From contig NC_045697.1 of NCBI RefSeq assembly GCF_009834535.1, forward strand, positions 104,348,001 through 104,412,000: a stretch of DNA of 64,000 nucleotides, read 5' to 3'. Positions 13,009-27,420 of the stretch are shown here, piece after piece. This stretch comes from Camelus ferus (Eukaryota). The position numbers and the translations under genes were made by a program. Positions within the stretch are counted from its first letter, which is position 1; every line of letters begins with the position of its first letter. The notes under the pieces are model-generated. The model saw nothing but the letters and a program-made list of their open reading frames with translations. It searched no databases and was not told where the DNA came from.

Positions 13009-13294
13009 TTTTAAAGAATGTAATATAATTCTGCAGAGTATTGTTCTACTAAGACGAATACTCTTGGATGGAGGCAGGATGGCTTAGTTGCACAATGACA
13101 GGGGAAACCATTCACATCGAATTAATGTGAAAGCTGCCCCCAGGAGAGGGGCAGCATGGAGGCCCTGCATGAAAAGAAAAGAGGCAAAAAGCGAGAGCAG
13201 AGAAAGGAAGGTGGTGGGGATCACTGAGGCTCTACCCTCCTAGGCAAATTTTCACTCATAAAATGTTTAATCATTGATAGGGGGATGTTTGTCA

Positions 13295-13824
13295 GGAAAC
13301 ATCTCAAATAACAATCTAATCTTACATCTAAAGTAACTAGAAAAAAAAACGCAAAATCCAAAAACATTAGAAAAGAACAATGAAACTCAGAGCTGGTTTT
13401 TTGGAAAGATAAACAAAATTGGTAGACCTTTAGCCAGACTAATCAAGAAAACGCTGTGCTGTTTTGTACAGTGCAGGAAACCATCATCGGCAAAATGGAA
13501 ACTCAATCTACTAAATGGGAGGAAGTATTTGCAAAAGATACATTCAATAAGGGGCTAATACTCATACAGATGACCAACAGAAATGTGAAAAGATGCTCAA
13601 CATTACTAATTATCAAGGAAATGCAAATCAAAACCATAATGAGTTATCTCCTCACTTCTGTCAGAATGACTTTCATCCAAAGGACAAATAAGAACAGGTG
13701 CTGGTGAGGCTAGAAACCCTCACGCTCTGCTGGTGGGAAAGTAAGTTGATGCCATTATGGACAACAGCATGGCGGTTCTTCAAAAAATTAAATGTAGAAC
13801 TACCATATGATCTAGCAATTCCAT
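13295..13824 (+). mobile_element. L1 ORF2 fragments with internal deletions
   Basis: 'agctggttttttggaaagataaacaaaattggtagacctttagccagac' followed by C-terminal KRCSTLLIIKEMQIKT (ORF 13456-13707). Confidence 0.85.
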
Positions 13825-16170
13825 ACCTATATGGGTCTTGTTCTTTTATCCATTCAGCCACCCTGTCTTCTGACTGGAGTATTTAGTCCATTTATTCTAA
13901 AGTTATTACTGATACGTATGTACTTATTGCCATTTTGTTAACTGTTTTCTGGTTGCCTTTGTACTTCTCTGTTCCTTTCTTGCTCTCTTGCAATCTTCCC
14001 TTGTGATCTGATGACTATTTTTAGAGTTTTGTTTGGATTCTGCTTCTCTTCATCATTTGCAGATCTATTGTAAGTTTTTGGTTTTGGTTACCATGAGATT
14101 TATATATAACAACCTATGTAGATAGGTGTCTATTTTAAGTTGATGATCTCTCAAGTTTAAATGCATTCAAAACGCCTACCTTTTCATTCTACCCACAATG
14201 TTTTACGTTTCTGATATCATATTTTACGTCTTTTTATTTTGTTTATCCCTTAACTACTTACTGTAGATATAGGTGATTTTACTACTTTTGCTTAATCTTC
14301 CTATTAACTTTTTAGGTGGTCAGTCCACTACTTTTACTATATCTTTGCCCTTATCACTGAGAATTTCTCCTTTCATAATATTCTTATCTCTACTTGTGGC
14401 CTTTTCTTTTCCACATAGAAAAGTCCCTTCATTATTTCTTGTAAAGCTGGTGGTGCTGAATTCCTTTAGCTTTTGCTAATCTGTAAATTTCTTTCTCTCT
14501 CCTTCAGTCCTGAATGATAACCTTTCCAAGCTGAGTATTCTTGGTTGCAGTTTTTTTCTTTTCAGCACTCTGCATATAGCATGCCACTCCTTCCTGGCCT
14601 GCAAAGTTTCTGCTGAAGAATCAGCTGATGGTCTTATGGGAGTCCTCTTGTGCATAACGGGTTGCTCTTCTCTTGCTGTGCTTAAGATTCCCTCTTTATC
14701 TTTAGTCTGACATTTTGATTATGATGTGTTCTCGTGTGAACTTCTTTGAGTTCATCTTCTCTGGGACTCTGTGCTTTCTGGACCTGGAATGTCTGTTTCA
14801 TTCCCCATGTTGGAGAATTTTTCAGCTGTTATTTTTTTCAAATAATTTCTCTGCCCTTTTCTCTCCCTTCTCCTTCAGGGGCTCCTATAATGGGAATGTT
14901 AGTACACTTGGTGTTGTTTCAGGGGCCTTTCGATCTACCCTCATTTTTAAAAATTCTTTTTCTTTCTTCCTGTTCATCTTGAATGATTTTGACTATTCTT
15001 TCTTCCCGATCACGGATTCATTCTTCGGTATCACTGATTACCTCCAGTCTATTTTTCTTTTCAGTTATTATATTATTCATTACATCTCTCAATCTTGGAG
15101 AAGTGGCCTTATGTAAAAGATGTCCAATGGGGTCCAGCAGTACACTCCCCTCCAGCCACCAGAGCTAGATGCTCCAGTGGTTTCCCCTGTGTAGGTGGCA
15201 TGCACCTCTCTGTTGTGCTCGGGCCAAATACTGCAGGCACACTGGTGGGCTAGACAGCCCAGTTGCGTGTGAGGCCCTGCCTCGAGTGGTTGCCGTAGGC
15301 ACGCTGGTGGGTGAGGCAGGACCCTGGTACTAATGGGCTAGAGGGGGGATTCCAAATTGGCAGCTGTCAGCACCAGTGTTGGCACAGTAGAACAAGATCA
15401 CAAAAATGTCTGTTGCCAGCATTGCAGTCCCAGGAGGAGTCCCAACTGCCTCCTGCCTCTCTGGGAGGCTCTCCAAGATCAGCAACTAGGTCTGACTCAG
15501 ACACCTTTCAAACTGCTGACTCTGCACTGGGACTCAGGACATGTGAGATTTTTGTTTGTGCCTTTAAAAAGAAAGGATAGTCTAGGTTTCCTACAGCTCT
15601 CTGGCTCTCTTAAATATAAGGCCCACTAGTTTTCAAAGCCAAATGTTTTGGGGCCTAGTCTTCCCAGTACAGGACCCCTGGGCTCAGGAACCTGAGAGGC
15701 TGCAAGCTTTCACTCCTCAAAGGGGACCTCTGCAATTGTGGTGTCTCTCCTGTTTGGGGGTCACCACACTGGGGATGTGGGTACTGAGCAGACTGAATCT
15801 CCTCCCCTCCTACCTATCTCACTGTGGCTCTTTCTTTATATCTTTATTTGTGGAAAATCTTTTCTGCTAGTCTTCAGGTGATTCTCAGAGATAGTTGCTC
15901 TGTAAGTACAGTTGACCTTTGAATAAGCAGGGGTTAATCCGCGTATAACTTACAGTCAGTCCTCCATATTCAGTTCCTCTGCACCCACAGATTCAACCCA
16001 CTATGGACTGTGTAGAACCATAGTATTTACTATTGAAAAATATCCACAATATAAGTAGACCCATGCAGTTCAAACCCCTGTTGTCAAAGTCACCTATAGC
16101 TGAAATTCTGGTGTGCCCATGGAAGACAGTAAACCCAGGATCTTCCAGCTCCACCATCTTGATCTCAATC
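13825..16170 (-). mobile_element. L1 5'UTR plus ORF1 region (degenerate)
   Basis: Antisense ORF1 'tgccactccttcctggcctgcaaagtttctgctgaagaatcagctg', GC-richer 5'UTR at 15100-15900, terminal 'ctccaccatcttg' at ~16160. Confidence 0.85.
15909..16096. mobile_element. Tigger2-family MITE inserted in the L1 5'UTR
   Basis: TA|CAGTTGACCTTTGAA ... TTGTCAAAGTCACCTA|TA; TIRs with TA target site. Confidence 0.85.
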
Positions 16171-16806
16171 CCCAAAGCCAAGATCATGCATTTTCTTACC
16201 TGCCTCATTGACCATTATTCTATAATTATATTGCACCACTTCCCTGTGTCACTAATCCAGACCATTAACCCACCAAATGTAAATTCTTAATTCTAATAAA
16301 ATATCCACAATAATAATTGAGCTCCCAGGTGAACAGAACAATATGGCAATTGACTTTAGTAGGCCATCATTTGAATATAGCTAATACTGTAGCCAAATTA
16401 TTTACTCATGAGTGACTCAAAAAACTTCTTCATTTTGTGTAGAAATCTACTGGAAAATTAGACATGTGGCTAAGATAAAGATTATAACTTGTTAGTAATC
16501 ACACTGATATATTCAGACACATTCATACACACTGATTCTTGTTGTACCAAACACTCAGATTTCCAACAAGTTAATATACACACTTAAATAGTTTTGTCTT
16601 CCTGTTTAATGATGCTTAGCACAAACAGATAATGTTTGAGGCTGATCCCTATGAACATAAATTTTTCCTTAAGTGATCTACCGTCCTTGGTCAAATCATA
16701 CTGTTCAACTACAGAGCTCCAAAGTCTACGTCAGGAGACCAGAGAAACTTGTTTAAAAAAACAAAAGAGCTATTCATAGTTTAGAGCGATGATACATTTA
16801 GGTCCA

Positions 16807-17430
16807 TGTTATGGCAAGATTGGGTAGATATTCACCAATTCTATTTTCTTTTTATCAGAAAAAAAAGGAAGAGTTAAACTCCCAGTGTTCCCTATAGTTG
16901 GGTTAGGTTCAAGTGACTGGGTTTTGGCCAATGGCATGTAGAAGGAAGCAAAGCATGTATAAAGGCAACCATGGAGATGATGCACTGCAGATGACAACAT
17001 CACAAGATGAAAGAAAGCAACTGCAGCTGCACTGGACAGTGATTTGAGAAAGAAACAAACTTTTATCTGTGTAGCCACTAAGCTCTGAGATTTGAGAACT
17101 TGTTTACTACTGCAACATACCTTAGCCCAAGCTGACTGAGAAAGTGGTCCTGGCAGTGGGGGCACCATCACAAAATTTTAAAGATGTGGCAGGGCATCAG
17201 GCAGCAAAGAAGCTGCTACCACTGGCTGGATATATGGTCATTAAGTTGTGCAGTGGGAATAAAAGCTGTAAAACTGTTATCAGTGATAGATGTACTGCAG
17301 TCTCCTAAGTCAGAAGCTCTAGAGGAAGAAGATGGAAAACAGTTACACCACTACTGTGTGCTGGTTAATACAGGCTGCATTTGGCAAGGCATTACATGAA
17401 AGGGATGAGTTCAGGAAAGAATTGGCTGGT
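16807..17430 (+). mobile_element. MaLR MLT1 LTR (16807-~17138) plus start of internal region
   Basis: 'gtgactgggttttggccaatggcatgtag', 'gagaaagaaacaaactttta...ttgtttactactgcaacatacc' followed by MLT1-int-like sequence. Confidence 0.75.
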
Positions 17431-18457
17431 CAGGAACACTTTAAAATATGATTCTTATCTCAGAAGTCATATTTCATTGAAACAGTAGAATTTCCAAATT
17501 TCCACAGGGCCACTGTATCTTTAACATTAAGGATTAACACTGTCTACCTTAAATCCATGAGCCAAACATCATTAAGCTGCTCTATTTTTAAGCCAGGTCT
17601 ATTCATATTGGGTGGTGGAGGGGCAAAGGCTGGAGGTGTGGACAAAGAAAAAAATTAACGCAGCTGTATCCCAGGCTTTCAGAAGGTCCTTTCTGAGTGG
17701 GTTAAAGTCTGTTTATGCTCTTATTAACAGTGCAGTATTTTTTTAAATAGCATTTGGCCTCTTTTGAATGGTTAATGAATTTTCCTATCAGGAAGGAAGG
17801 TAAGAAAGACCATTATCTTACAGTGTCTTCTTAAGGCAGAAAAAATATAAATCCAAACAAAGTATCTGAATTCTCTTAAAAGACCAACTATAGATCTGGG
17901 GTGGAGAAACTTGACAAGTGTGATCTGGTATTCATTTCAGCAAGCTGAGTTTAATTTTCTACTTTGGGAAGCAACGCGTGATAGTCATTGTTTAACATCA
18001 TTCCACTGAGGCCTCAGAAATCTCCATAAAAGAAACCTTATGGGGAATTTATGTGCTTCATATTATGCCAAAGTTCTGAAAGAGTGAGCTCGGACTTGGT
18101 GACCAATGGAGTTTCCTTCTTATCCAAGGAGGAATAGCTTTGGTCACCATCTGGACCACATGAAAAGCACTGAGAACCTGGTTGGGGCAGAGCCAAACGT
18201 ATCATGTAGGTACCATCTGGCAATAGTAAAAGCTAGGAAGGGGGTGGAAATTGCCATGGGCCAGTCTTCAAGAGACTACCTAACCAGAGAAAAACTTAAT
18301 GATTTAACAGAGTAGGAGTCTTACTGAAATAAGAATCAAGAGATACAGGCTCTAAAACAGACTCTCCCACTGACCAGATATGTGACTTTAGGACAAGTCA
18401 TGCCTCCATGCTGGACTTCCTTCTCTTCTATAGAATGAGGAAGTTGGGCTTAATTAT

Positions 18458-18740
18458 GGATTGCCAACTGAAACACCTACGAGGATATAGCAGGTCATCT
18501 AATGGCGAGACCCATACAGAATGGGGACAATGGCTAAGTGAAGACTGCCTGCCCTTGCAAAGGGAAAGTGGCTACGCAACTCCAGCTAATTAATGATACG
18601 TAGGAATACAGGCCTAATGTTGTGAAATTTCAAATTTTTTCAAGAGAAGCTAGAAATCAGAGATTTTTATGAAAAAAAACTTTTCATTTTTAAATAGTCA
18701 CACCTAACTCAATTTTTTTGTTCCCAGGCAGTTGTCAAAT
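18458..18740 (+). mobile_element. MER102-like hAT-Charlie element nested in a MIR (~18330-18790)
   Basis: 'ttttcaagagaagctagaaatcagagatttttatg' is typical of MER102; MIR core sequence lies on both sides. Confidence 0.65.
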
Positions 18741-18929
18741 AACTATCTCTGAACTAAGTAATTTCTGAGTCCCTTCCATCTTTGAAGTAAATTTATATTA
18801 ATCACCTGATCAATGATATTTTGTTTCCTCTCTCTATAATCCATTTTCTCCTGCCTTCAAAGTGTTCAGAAATGAACATACACTGTGCTGGGGCCCTAAG
18901 GATTTGACTTCCTCCCCGACTCCACTGAG

Positions 18930-19930
18930 ACTGTGTTCCTGGTGGTATCCATGATCTCCTGACCACAAACTCGAAAGGCAACTGCCTTACCTTCATTCTT
19001 AACCAATTTATAGCAACTCAATCTGTTAACAACACTTCTTCTTGAAAGCCAGCCTCTTCTGGCTCTTCACATGTTTCTAATCACCTTGTCCCAGATTCTC
19101 CTGCTGCCTCCTTTTTTCCTTCCACCTCCTAAATGTGGGTCTTCCCAGAGACTCAGTCCTCAGCCCGCTAGTCTTCTCTTTAAGTTCTTATCCTAAAATC
19201 TCATCTAAAACTTCAGCCTCAAGCATCACTAGATTCATTCATAGACACAAACATCTCCTCTCCTGAGGAGCTCCAACTCTCCATGTCTAATGGCTGCTTG
19301 AACATTTCTACTTGGACTAAGTTGCTCCAAGTTACTGTTTTCTCCAAAACTTCTCCCTTGTGTTCCTCTTGCTACTAAAGATCTCCCACCATCCTTCACA
19401 TCATTCCTCCAGTTACTCCAAGTTAACAATCTTCGTTACCTTTGACTCACCTCACTCACCTCCACATTTAATGATCTCTTCACAATATTGGGCACATTCA
19501 TCTCTATCTTTCTAAGGAAGGCTTCTGAACTTACCACTTCAGGGCTAGATATACCACTTGCATCCTTCTTACTTCCTCACTCCAATCTGTATTGGGTACT
19601 GCCAACACATTATCACCTCTATCACATCATATTTTCACTTCCATTGCTTCAGGGGATAAATACTAACATCCTGTATCTAGTATTTGAAGTCCACTGTTTG
19701 GTCCGTAGCAACTTCCCCATCCTCTCAATACAGAAGACATTCCTTTCCAGCTAAACCAGGCTAATCATTGTTCTCCAAGAACTGTTTTTTCATTTGTGCC
19801 TAGAATGTCCTCCCCTGTACCTGTTCAAATCCTACTCATTCTTCAAGGCACAGTTCAATTTGGATCTTCTTCTAAAAGCTTTTTTAAACTACCTAGACCA
19901 AAGTGGTATCTCCCTTAACAGAACTCAAGG
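18930..19930 (+). mobile_element. L2 LINE remnant
   Basis: Pyrimidine-rich L2 motifs 'cctcctaaatgtgggtcttcccagagactcagtcctcagccc', 'aaatcctactcattcttcaaggcacagttcaa'. Confidence 0.8.
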
Positions 19931-19979
19931 AAATGATTTTCAGTGCTGCTTCCTTATCCAGAGAAGAAATCTCAGACGT

Positions 19980-22590
19980 TAGCTTCTAAAAGATTTATTG
20001 CTTTGCCTTTCACATGTAGATCTAAAATTAGTTAGGTGTATGGTATGAAGTGGGAGTCCAGTGTATTCTCTTTTTTTTTTGCATGAATGTGTAATTTTTC
20101 CTAGCACTATGGATATCTGTCTTTTCCCTGTTGTTACAGTGCAGCTCTTTCATAAATCAAGGTACTGCATCATATACTCATATTGCCATTAGTCTGACAA
20201 TTCTATTCTATTGGCCTATTTCTCAGTTCTTGCACCAATTTCACACTGACTCAGTTAATACAGCTTTTGTAATGTCCTGATATCCAGCAGAGACTGTCCT
20301 TCTAGATTGTTGTTCTTTAAGGGTGTCTTGCCTATTCTAGGCCCTTTCCATATAAATTTCCATATAGATTTTAGTGTCAATTTTCCAGGCTTTCTTCTCT
20401 CCCTCTCCCTCCAAAAAAATTAACAACTTAGTTGGGATTTTTATTGTTATCTCTTTGGACTTCAGATCAACTTACCTATTACTCACATTCCCTGTTTTTC
20501 TTTTTCTTTTTTCATCTGACTAGGTTTCATTTGCATGCTTTAGGTTGAATTTGCTATTTTTCCAGTTTCTGAAGATGAAAATTTTGAATATTGATGCAAA
20601 GTTTGTTTTTAATATAAAAAGTTAATGTTATAAATTTCCTTTCATTCACTTTCTTTCATTAGTTTATGCATTTAGGTGCATTCTTAATTTTTAATATATT
20701 TTCATTCATTCTATTCCAGGCATTTTCTAATTTCTCCTGTGACTTCCTCTTTGATTCATGGGTTATGTAGAAGTATGTTGTTTAATCACATATTTTTTAA
20801 TTTTCCAGGCATCTTTCTATTATTGATTTCTAGTTTAATTTTTGAGTGGTCAGAGAACATTCTTTGCAAGATTTCAATTCTTTAAAATTTGTTGAAATTT
20901 GTTTTATGGCCCAGAATATGTTCTACTTTGATGAATGTCAAATATCAGTTAGGTCATATTGGTTGCTAGCATTGCTTACATCATCTGCATTCTTAGTTAT
21001 TCTCTCTCTACTTGTTTTATTTATTAATAAGAGAGAAGTGGTGTTGACATCTCCAACTGTAATTATGGATTTTTCTATTTCTGTCAGTTTTGTGTATTCT
21101 GAAGTCCTGCTGTGCTTCAAATGCATATTTAAAATTGTTGTGTCTTCTTTATGAATTGATATCTTTATCAATAAGTACTATTCCTCCTAATCCTGGATAA
21201 TATTTCTTGGGTGAAGTCCACTTTCTCTGATTTTAATGTGGTCACTCCACTTCCTTTTCATTTATGTTAGTATGGTTTATCTTTTTCCATCATTTTGCTT
21301 TTAACAGATCCATGTATTTATATTAAAGTAGTTTCTTATAGACAGTATATAATTAATTCTTGTATTATCATCACCTGACAATCTCTGCCTTTTAATTAGC
21401 ATATTTAGATAATTTTCAAGGTAATTATTGATATGATGAATTTAAATCTACCACCTTTCTAGTTATTTTCTATTTCCCAGATGTCCTTTTTCCCTTTTTT
21501 GTAATTATTTAGATTAATTGAGGATTTTTTATTATTAAATTTTTCTCTACAGTTGGCTTATTTGTTACACCACCTTCTTAATTTTTAATGGTTGCCCTCA
21601 ACTTGACACCATACATCTTTAATTTATCATAGTCTGTCTAAAATAATATTGTTGCTTCACACATTGTATAAGAACAACATGTATTTCCAGTTTCTCCCTC
21701 CTTTAATTTACACTTCTGTTGTCTTACATTTTATTTTTGCATAAATTATAAACCCAACAAAACATTTTCATTATATTTGCTTTAAATTGTCAATATATTT
21801 TAGAGTGATTAAAAATAAGTTTAGAATGTATCCTGTTTGTCTCTATTTTTAATATCATTAGTGCTCTTCATTTTTTTTTGCTAAATCTAAGTTTCCACCA
21901 CATATCCTACTCCTGCATGAAGAACTTTCTTTAATATTTCTTATAGGGTAGCTCTACTGGCAATGAATTCTCTTTTTTTTTTTTTTTTTTTTGTTGGAAA
22001 CTTTTATATGCAAAAGTATTTAAAAGATATTTTCACTGTGCATCAAATTCTGAGTTGACGGATTTTTTTCTTTCAGTTCTTTAAAGGTGTCACTTTATTG
22101 TCTTCTGGCTTTTATGGTTTCTAACAAGAAACCTACTACAATTTTTTTTAATTATTTGAAGTTGTAAAACATCTTTTTATTTTAATATCTTCACCATTAC
22201 CTCTTTATCTTTGATTACAATGATGTTTCAAATTATCTGTTTATCTGGGATTTTGTTGATGATGTTGTTGTTTTTGTTTTTAGTATTTACCCTTCTTGAA
22301 GTTCTCTGGGTTTCTTGGATTTGTGGTTTGGTATCTTCCATTGTTTTGGGACCATTCTCAACCTTCATTTCTTCAAATACTTCTTTTGCCTCATTTTCTC
22401 TTTATCTTCTTCTCAGACCCCAACATATACACATTACACCATTTACTATTGTCTCACAACTTTTGGATGTTATTTTTTTAATATTCTTTTTTTCCCACTT
22501 TCTATTTCAGTTTGGGTAATTTCTATTATTCAGTTTGAATAATTTCTGTAATTTTCTTGATTTATTTTCAAGTTCACCTGTTCCTTCCCC
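19980..22590 (-). mobile_element. Old L1M body fragments (ORF2 to ORF1)
   Basis: Antisense L1 motifs 'gtggtcagagaaca', 'tttatggcccagaatatg', 'tctccaactgtaattatggattt'; ORF 20938-21171 resembles the L1 endonuclease (IITVGDVNT). Confidence 0.85.
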
Positions 22591-23269
22591 AGGTGAAAGT
22601 GGGAACTGCTGACTCACTTTTATTTGTAATAACTGGCCCTTGTTTAGTCTTTAGGGCCTGAAAAACTATAGATAACTTTGTAAATGCATTTAAGAGGTAT
22701 TTTAGGTGCCCTAGATCATTACACAGAAAAAGTAATTCTTGTCACAACAAGAACAAGTCCAGATCCTCATAATCCAGGGCTTATTTTCCTGATAAGCCTT
22801 TCTTTGAAAAATAGTATTTCTTAATGATCGGGACGCTTATTAAGAAAGAATACAGAATAGCTTCATTGAATGGAACTATACAAGGACCTCACCATAATCA
22901 GAGTTAATATACAACAGATACAATATTCTTAACCACAACTAAGCCTTAACCTCAAACCAAAATTAAGAGAGTATATATAATATAATTTTATAAGGACCTC
23001 AGTTTAAGTTAGTCTCATCAATAAGGTAGTTTAATATACGAAACCTCAGGGTTCACAATAGCACTATTTCAAATCAGATTTATGTTTGTCCTTCTTGAAA
23101 GCAGGACTGACCAGTTTGTTTTCAAGGGCCCACTGAGGTATGAGTTTCATACGTGTATACTCCTCATATTTAAAAATATCACACTGTTCATATATTTTTG
23201 TAGTAGCTATTCTTCTCTACACTTCTCTGTTGATCCTATGGCTTATATAACAAATAGCACCTTGCTGTG

Positions 23270-23420
23270 TTTTAGTTTATTTATTCAACAAAAACATACC
23301 AAGTGCCTGCTATAAGCTATATGCTAGAGATACAAAGTTGAAAAGGCATGATTCATAATTTTAAGAAATTTACAATCTCTGTGAGACGTATATTAAGATA
23401 ATACAATGTGATCACTACTA
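23270..23420 (-). mobile_element. L2 3' end
   Basis: 'tttatttattcaacaaaaacataccaagtgcctgcta...tgctagagatacaaag'. Confidence 0.65.
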
Positions 23421-23499
23421 ATATGGGGGCATAGTCAATAAGAAAATAGAACAATAGAAACATGAGATAATAAAAGATAGGAAATAATATGGATTATAA

Positions 23500-24040
23500 T
23501 GGGAAAACTACCAATCCTAATGATTCTGATCAAAGAACATTAAAATTAGTGAGTAACATGAATTAAATTACTTAAGGAGTGGACAGTATATGCCAAGGTG
23601 CACAACACAATATAAATGAAGCAAATTAATAATGTTACTTACCCTACTGAGTCACAAATGAAAACTTCACTTTAAAACAGGGACAATAATTGGTAAATAT
23701 ACAACAGTAGAAACAATCATAGGGGATTATAAGAAGTCAAATGAAATAAATCCAGGATTTATTTAGAACACTAAACAAATCCAAAAATCCTTAGACTTAA
23801 AAGGCAGCATAAATCTCAAGAGTGACAAGAATTTGGAAACTTTTGAAAAAACTAGAATTGAAAAAACATCATCTAACTGAAGTATGTTCTACTGTGAAGC
23901 ACCACAAAGGAAATAGGAGATTTGTACTTTTATGAGCCAAGCCAAATTAGCTGTGATAGTCTCTCAATATTCAGCAAGCTAATTCCCGAGGGGCTACAAG
24001 AAAGGATACAGTATATGAACCAGAAAAGTGTTTCACCTTA
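23500..24040 (+). mobile_element. Highly diverged L3/CR1 remnant
   Basis: 'tatgagccaa...aagctaattcc...ggctacaagaaaggatacagtatatgaaccagaaaagtg' resembles the L3 RT region. Confidence 0.35.
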
Positions 24041-27000
24041 AAATTGCAAAACAAATCTGCCCTGAAATGACTTTAATTTCTGTTCATTTGCCATAATTAG
24101 AAAGATAAAGGCTCTCACCATTGCCTTGGAATAGATTCCAGGTATATTAAGTTTTGTAATATTTTGTCGTTATCTCTATGTTTTTACCATCTGTTATAAA
24201 AATGATAAATTTTAAAAATGAATTAAAATGTGTTCCCTTTTGTTTATAACTTCCCTTCCAAGACAGTATCTATAATGCAAAGTTCCCAGAAGCAAAGAGC
24301 ACAAAATGTAGCCTACAGAAGCCAACATGGAAAGCTTCACTAAAAATCCTATCAGCTGTAGAGTTTTCATGCTTTTTGCACAAAAAGCAAGGGTCCAGGA
24401 ACTCTCCTGACCATGATTTTTAGTCAAGGAGATGGGCACCTTCTGTCATCATGGCTCCTCAGAACACAGAAGAGAGTTTACAGCATCTTCCTGGAGCATG
24501 TTTGATCACACCAGCATATTTGCAAACCTAGTGGGGTCAAGTTGATGTCAAAAGCTAGGTGGTAGACCAGCAACCTGGTTGAAACCAGTCTAGTACTCTT
24601 TAATTTAACAAATTATTGACCACCTACTTCCTTTCAGGCATTTTGCAAAATGTCTGAGATACATTAGTTAAAAAAGCAAGATGCCTACATTTGATGGTGT
24701 CTACATTCTATGACAAGGAAAATGCCTACAAGGGCCATAATCAACCACAGAGTGAAAGAGGTTCTATAATAATAATGATTAATATGTATTAGTATTTATT
24801 ATTCACTGAGTTCTCTTCTTCTTAGAGATTTACATGCATCAATGATGGGGTAGATTCAATTACTATCCCCAAAGCACTTTGCAGAATGTTTAAGCATAGA
24901 ATTTAGCTCTGTAGCCATACCTTACAGGCTGACCTTACAACTCAGTCATAATAATCAACAATCAAAATTATAAATGGAAAGTAACCTTTCAAAATTGTAT
25001 AAAAAATAAATTTTTTAAAAAATTAAAAAAAAAAAAAACCCAGAACAACAATTGAGCACCAAAAACCAAAGAGGAGGGGAGTCTTCAGTTTTAAAAAGTA
25101 AAATAAAGTATCCCAGTTTGGAATACTTTGGCTCACTCAGCATGTGGATTTTCCTCTGATTCCAGTGTAACAATGAAAAATAACCCAATTATGGCAACTA
25201 GAAATACAAATCAAGAAATTCTGAAGACAACCAAAGCCTTGTGATCATTAAGAGAGAAGAATGAATATTGTATGTGCAGAAGAAAACTTCAGCTCATGAA
25301 CTGAAGGCATGTTATTCCAAAACAAGAACATACAATATTACAACTATGAGAAAATAAAACTACACGAGAGAAACCTCCTGAATAAATATTTTGCATGTCT
25401 GCTGAAATTTAACAAAAAATTTCAACTCAATTCAGAAGGTTGCTGTGGAGATCTTGAATCTTGGCCAAGAGTTTCTGCCTATGACTGCAAGCATTAGGAA
25501 TGCCTGGCAGAGTACCTTGTACATACAGTAGAAAAGAGGAGCCTTTTGACAAATCTGTTTGAACTGATCTGAACCCCCAAATTACGAAAGGCTCTGTCGG
25601 CCTTCCATGTCCAGAAAAAAACAACAGAGCAAATGAGAAAACCTCTATTATCTCATTCCTGATTCTAGGAAAATAAGTTCAGACAACTTCGAGGAAAACT
25701 CATTTTATTTATGAGTCTCAAACTTTGTGCATAAAGAGGCAACAGATGGAAAAGATGTGCTTCCCAGTGAAGAACCTACTCTAAGCCAGGGATTTTAGAG
25801 GCTTTACTTGCTGGGTTTCAAATTTTATACACCATGAATATGCTAGACTAATTTAGATTACTGGGATCTTCCCAAAACTCAAAACATTAAGACTTCCCTT
25901 ATCTGGAATAGGTCTGAATGAAAAGAAAGTCTTAGATGTTGCAGAGTCTGGGAATAGGACACTAATCTTTTTCATACAATAGAATAGACACCTCTAAATC
26001 TATGACTGTATCATCTGTATTTACCACAGAATTTAGGACATTAATCAGTCTGCAGAAACTCTGCTCTCAGTAGTCGTCTTTCTATCTCCTCACCCTTACT
26101 TAAGTTTCAGTGGAGTCAACTGTTTTTCTCTTTCTTTCAGCCAAATGTCAGGTGCTTCGAAGACAGTCCAAGGAATAGTCTCAGGATAGGTTTGGTAGTT
26201 TGTTTCCATTGAATAAAACCTATTCATTCTTTCTTACTAGTTTAGCTTGTAAATGGTTTTCAAAAATTATTATATATTCATAAATGTTAATTAATCCAAT
26301 TGATTAATAAAATACTGACTCAGCTCCCATTAGCATTGCCACTGTCTCTGCCTATTGTTTCTCACTAATAGACAGAAAATGTAAGCCTTTGCTAGCAGTA
26401 GACATAACCCAGTCACCCCTAGAACACAGATTCCAAAAGAGAAAATAAATATTGATACTAAAATGTAGGGAAGAGTGTATTACATTTTTTCATAAGACTC
26501 ACTGTATGAATTGCTTTGGGTACCACTTAATTTCATGGATGAAACCAACAGTGAAATCTATGAACATATTTTCCATTTTAAAATAAAAATTTTTTACCTG
26601 AGTTCTGTCAGATGGCTGCCTTGAAGTAGCTGAATTATTGAAAATAGCCTTAACACAGTCTTCCATGAAGTATGCATGCTTTTATAAGTTTGGATACATT
26701 TATTTATAAGTTAACATTTTAAAAGTTTGTGTGCATCTATCTCTAAATATTTATGAGGGTACTTCCACATTAAGTCAGGAGACAGGAATGAAAAACTGAA
26801 AGAAACATTTTCAGTGCAGTGAACATATTCAAATCTCAGGTTTTTTTTTTTTTTTTTAAAAAGGAATGAACCTAAAATTCTAATTCTTACGCTATTTTTA
26901 AATAATTTTATTGAGGTATGATTGACTGTAGTTTACTCATTTATTCATTCATGTGTTTATTATTTCTCACTCTTCCTCTGACATATTACCCTCGATTAAC

Positions 27001-27285
27001 CTTGCTGGCACCACAGTATGTGTTACACTAAGAGTTGTTTAAGAAAGTGTTATAATATGGACTTAACTGTCCCACTAATATTCTTTCTCTGGGAGAGTAA
27101 TAAGAGACCTATGATGCATGCCCAGGGCAGGTGAGAGTAGAGTGTTAATGATATAGAAAATAGTCATCCTAATATTATTCTTCCCAACATCCACCATAAA
27201 TACTATACATTTCTTTTCAGAGTCAATTCTGGGCCAATGATTTGTCACAGAATAGGATTAAGAGATACTTAAAATTGCTAATGAT

Positions 27286-27406
27286 GGGGGTGGGTATCTC
27301 AGTGGTAAAGTGCATGCCTAGCATGCGTGAGGTCCTGGGTTCAATCCCAAGTACCTCCATTAAATAAACAAACAAACAAACCTAGATACTCCCCCCACCA
27401 AGAAAA
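27286..27406 (+). mobile_element. tRNA-derived SINE (camelid vic-1-like)
   Basis: A box 'ctcagtggta', B box 'ggttcaatccc', A-rich tail, TSD aaaattgctaatga/aaaattgcttatga. Confidence 0.9.
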
Positions 27407-27420
27407 AAAATTGCTTATGA

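Noticed and set aside
13456..13886. ORFs with clear L1 ORF2 similarity
   Set aside because: Short, frameshifted fragments of a dead L1, not host genes or an active element.
26598..26629. Possible 32-nt minus-strand exon (ttcag|CTAC...CAG|gtaaaa)
   Set aside because: Weak donor, weak polypyrimidine tract and unrecognised peptide; within chance expectation.
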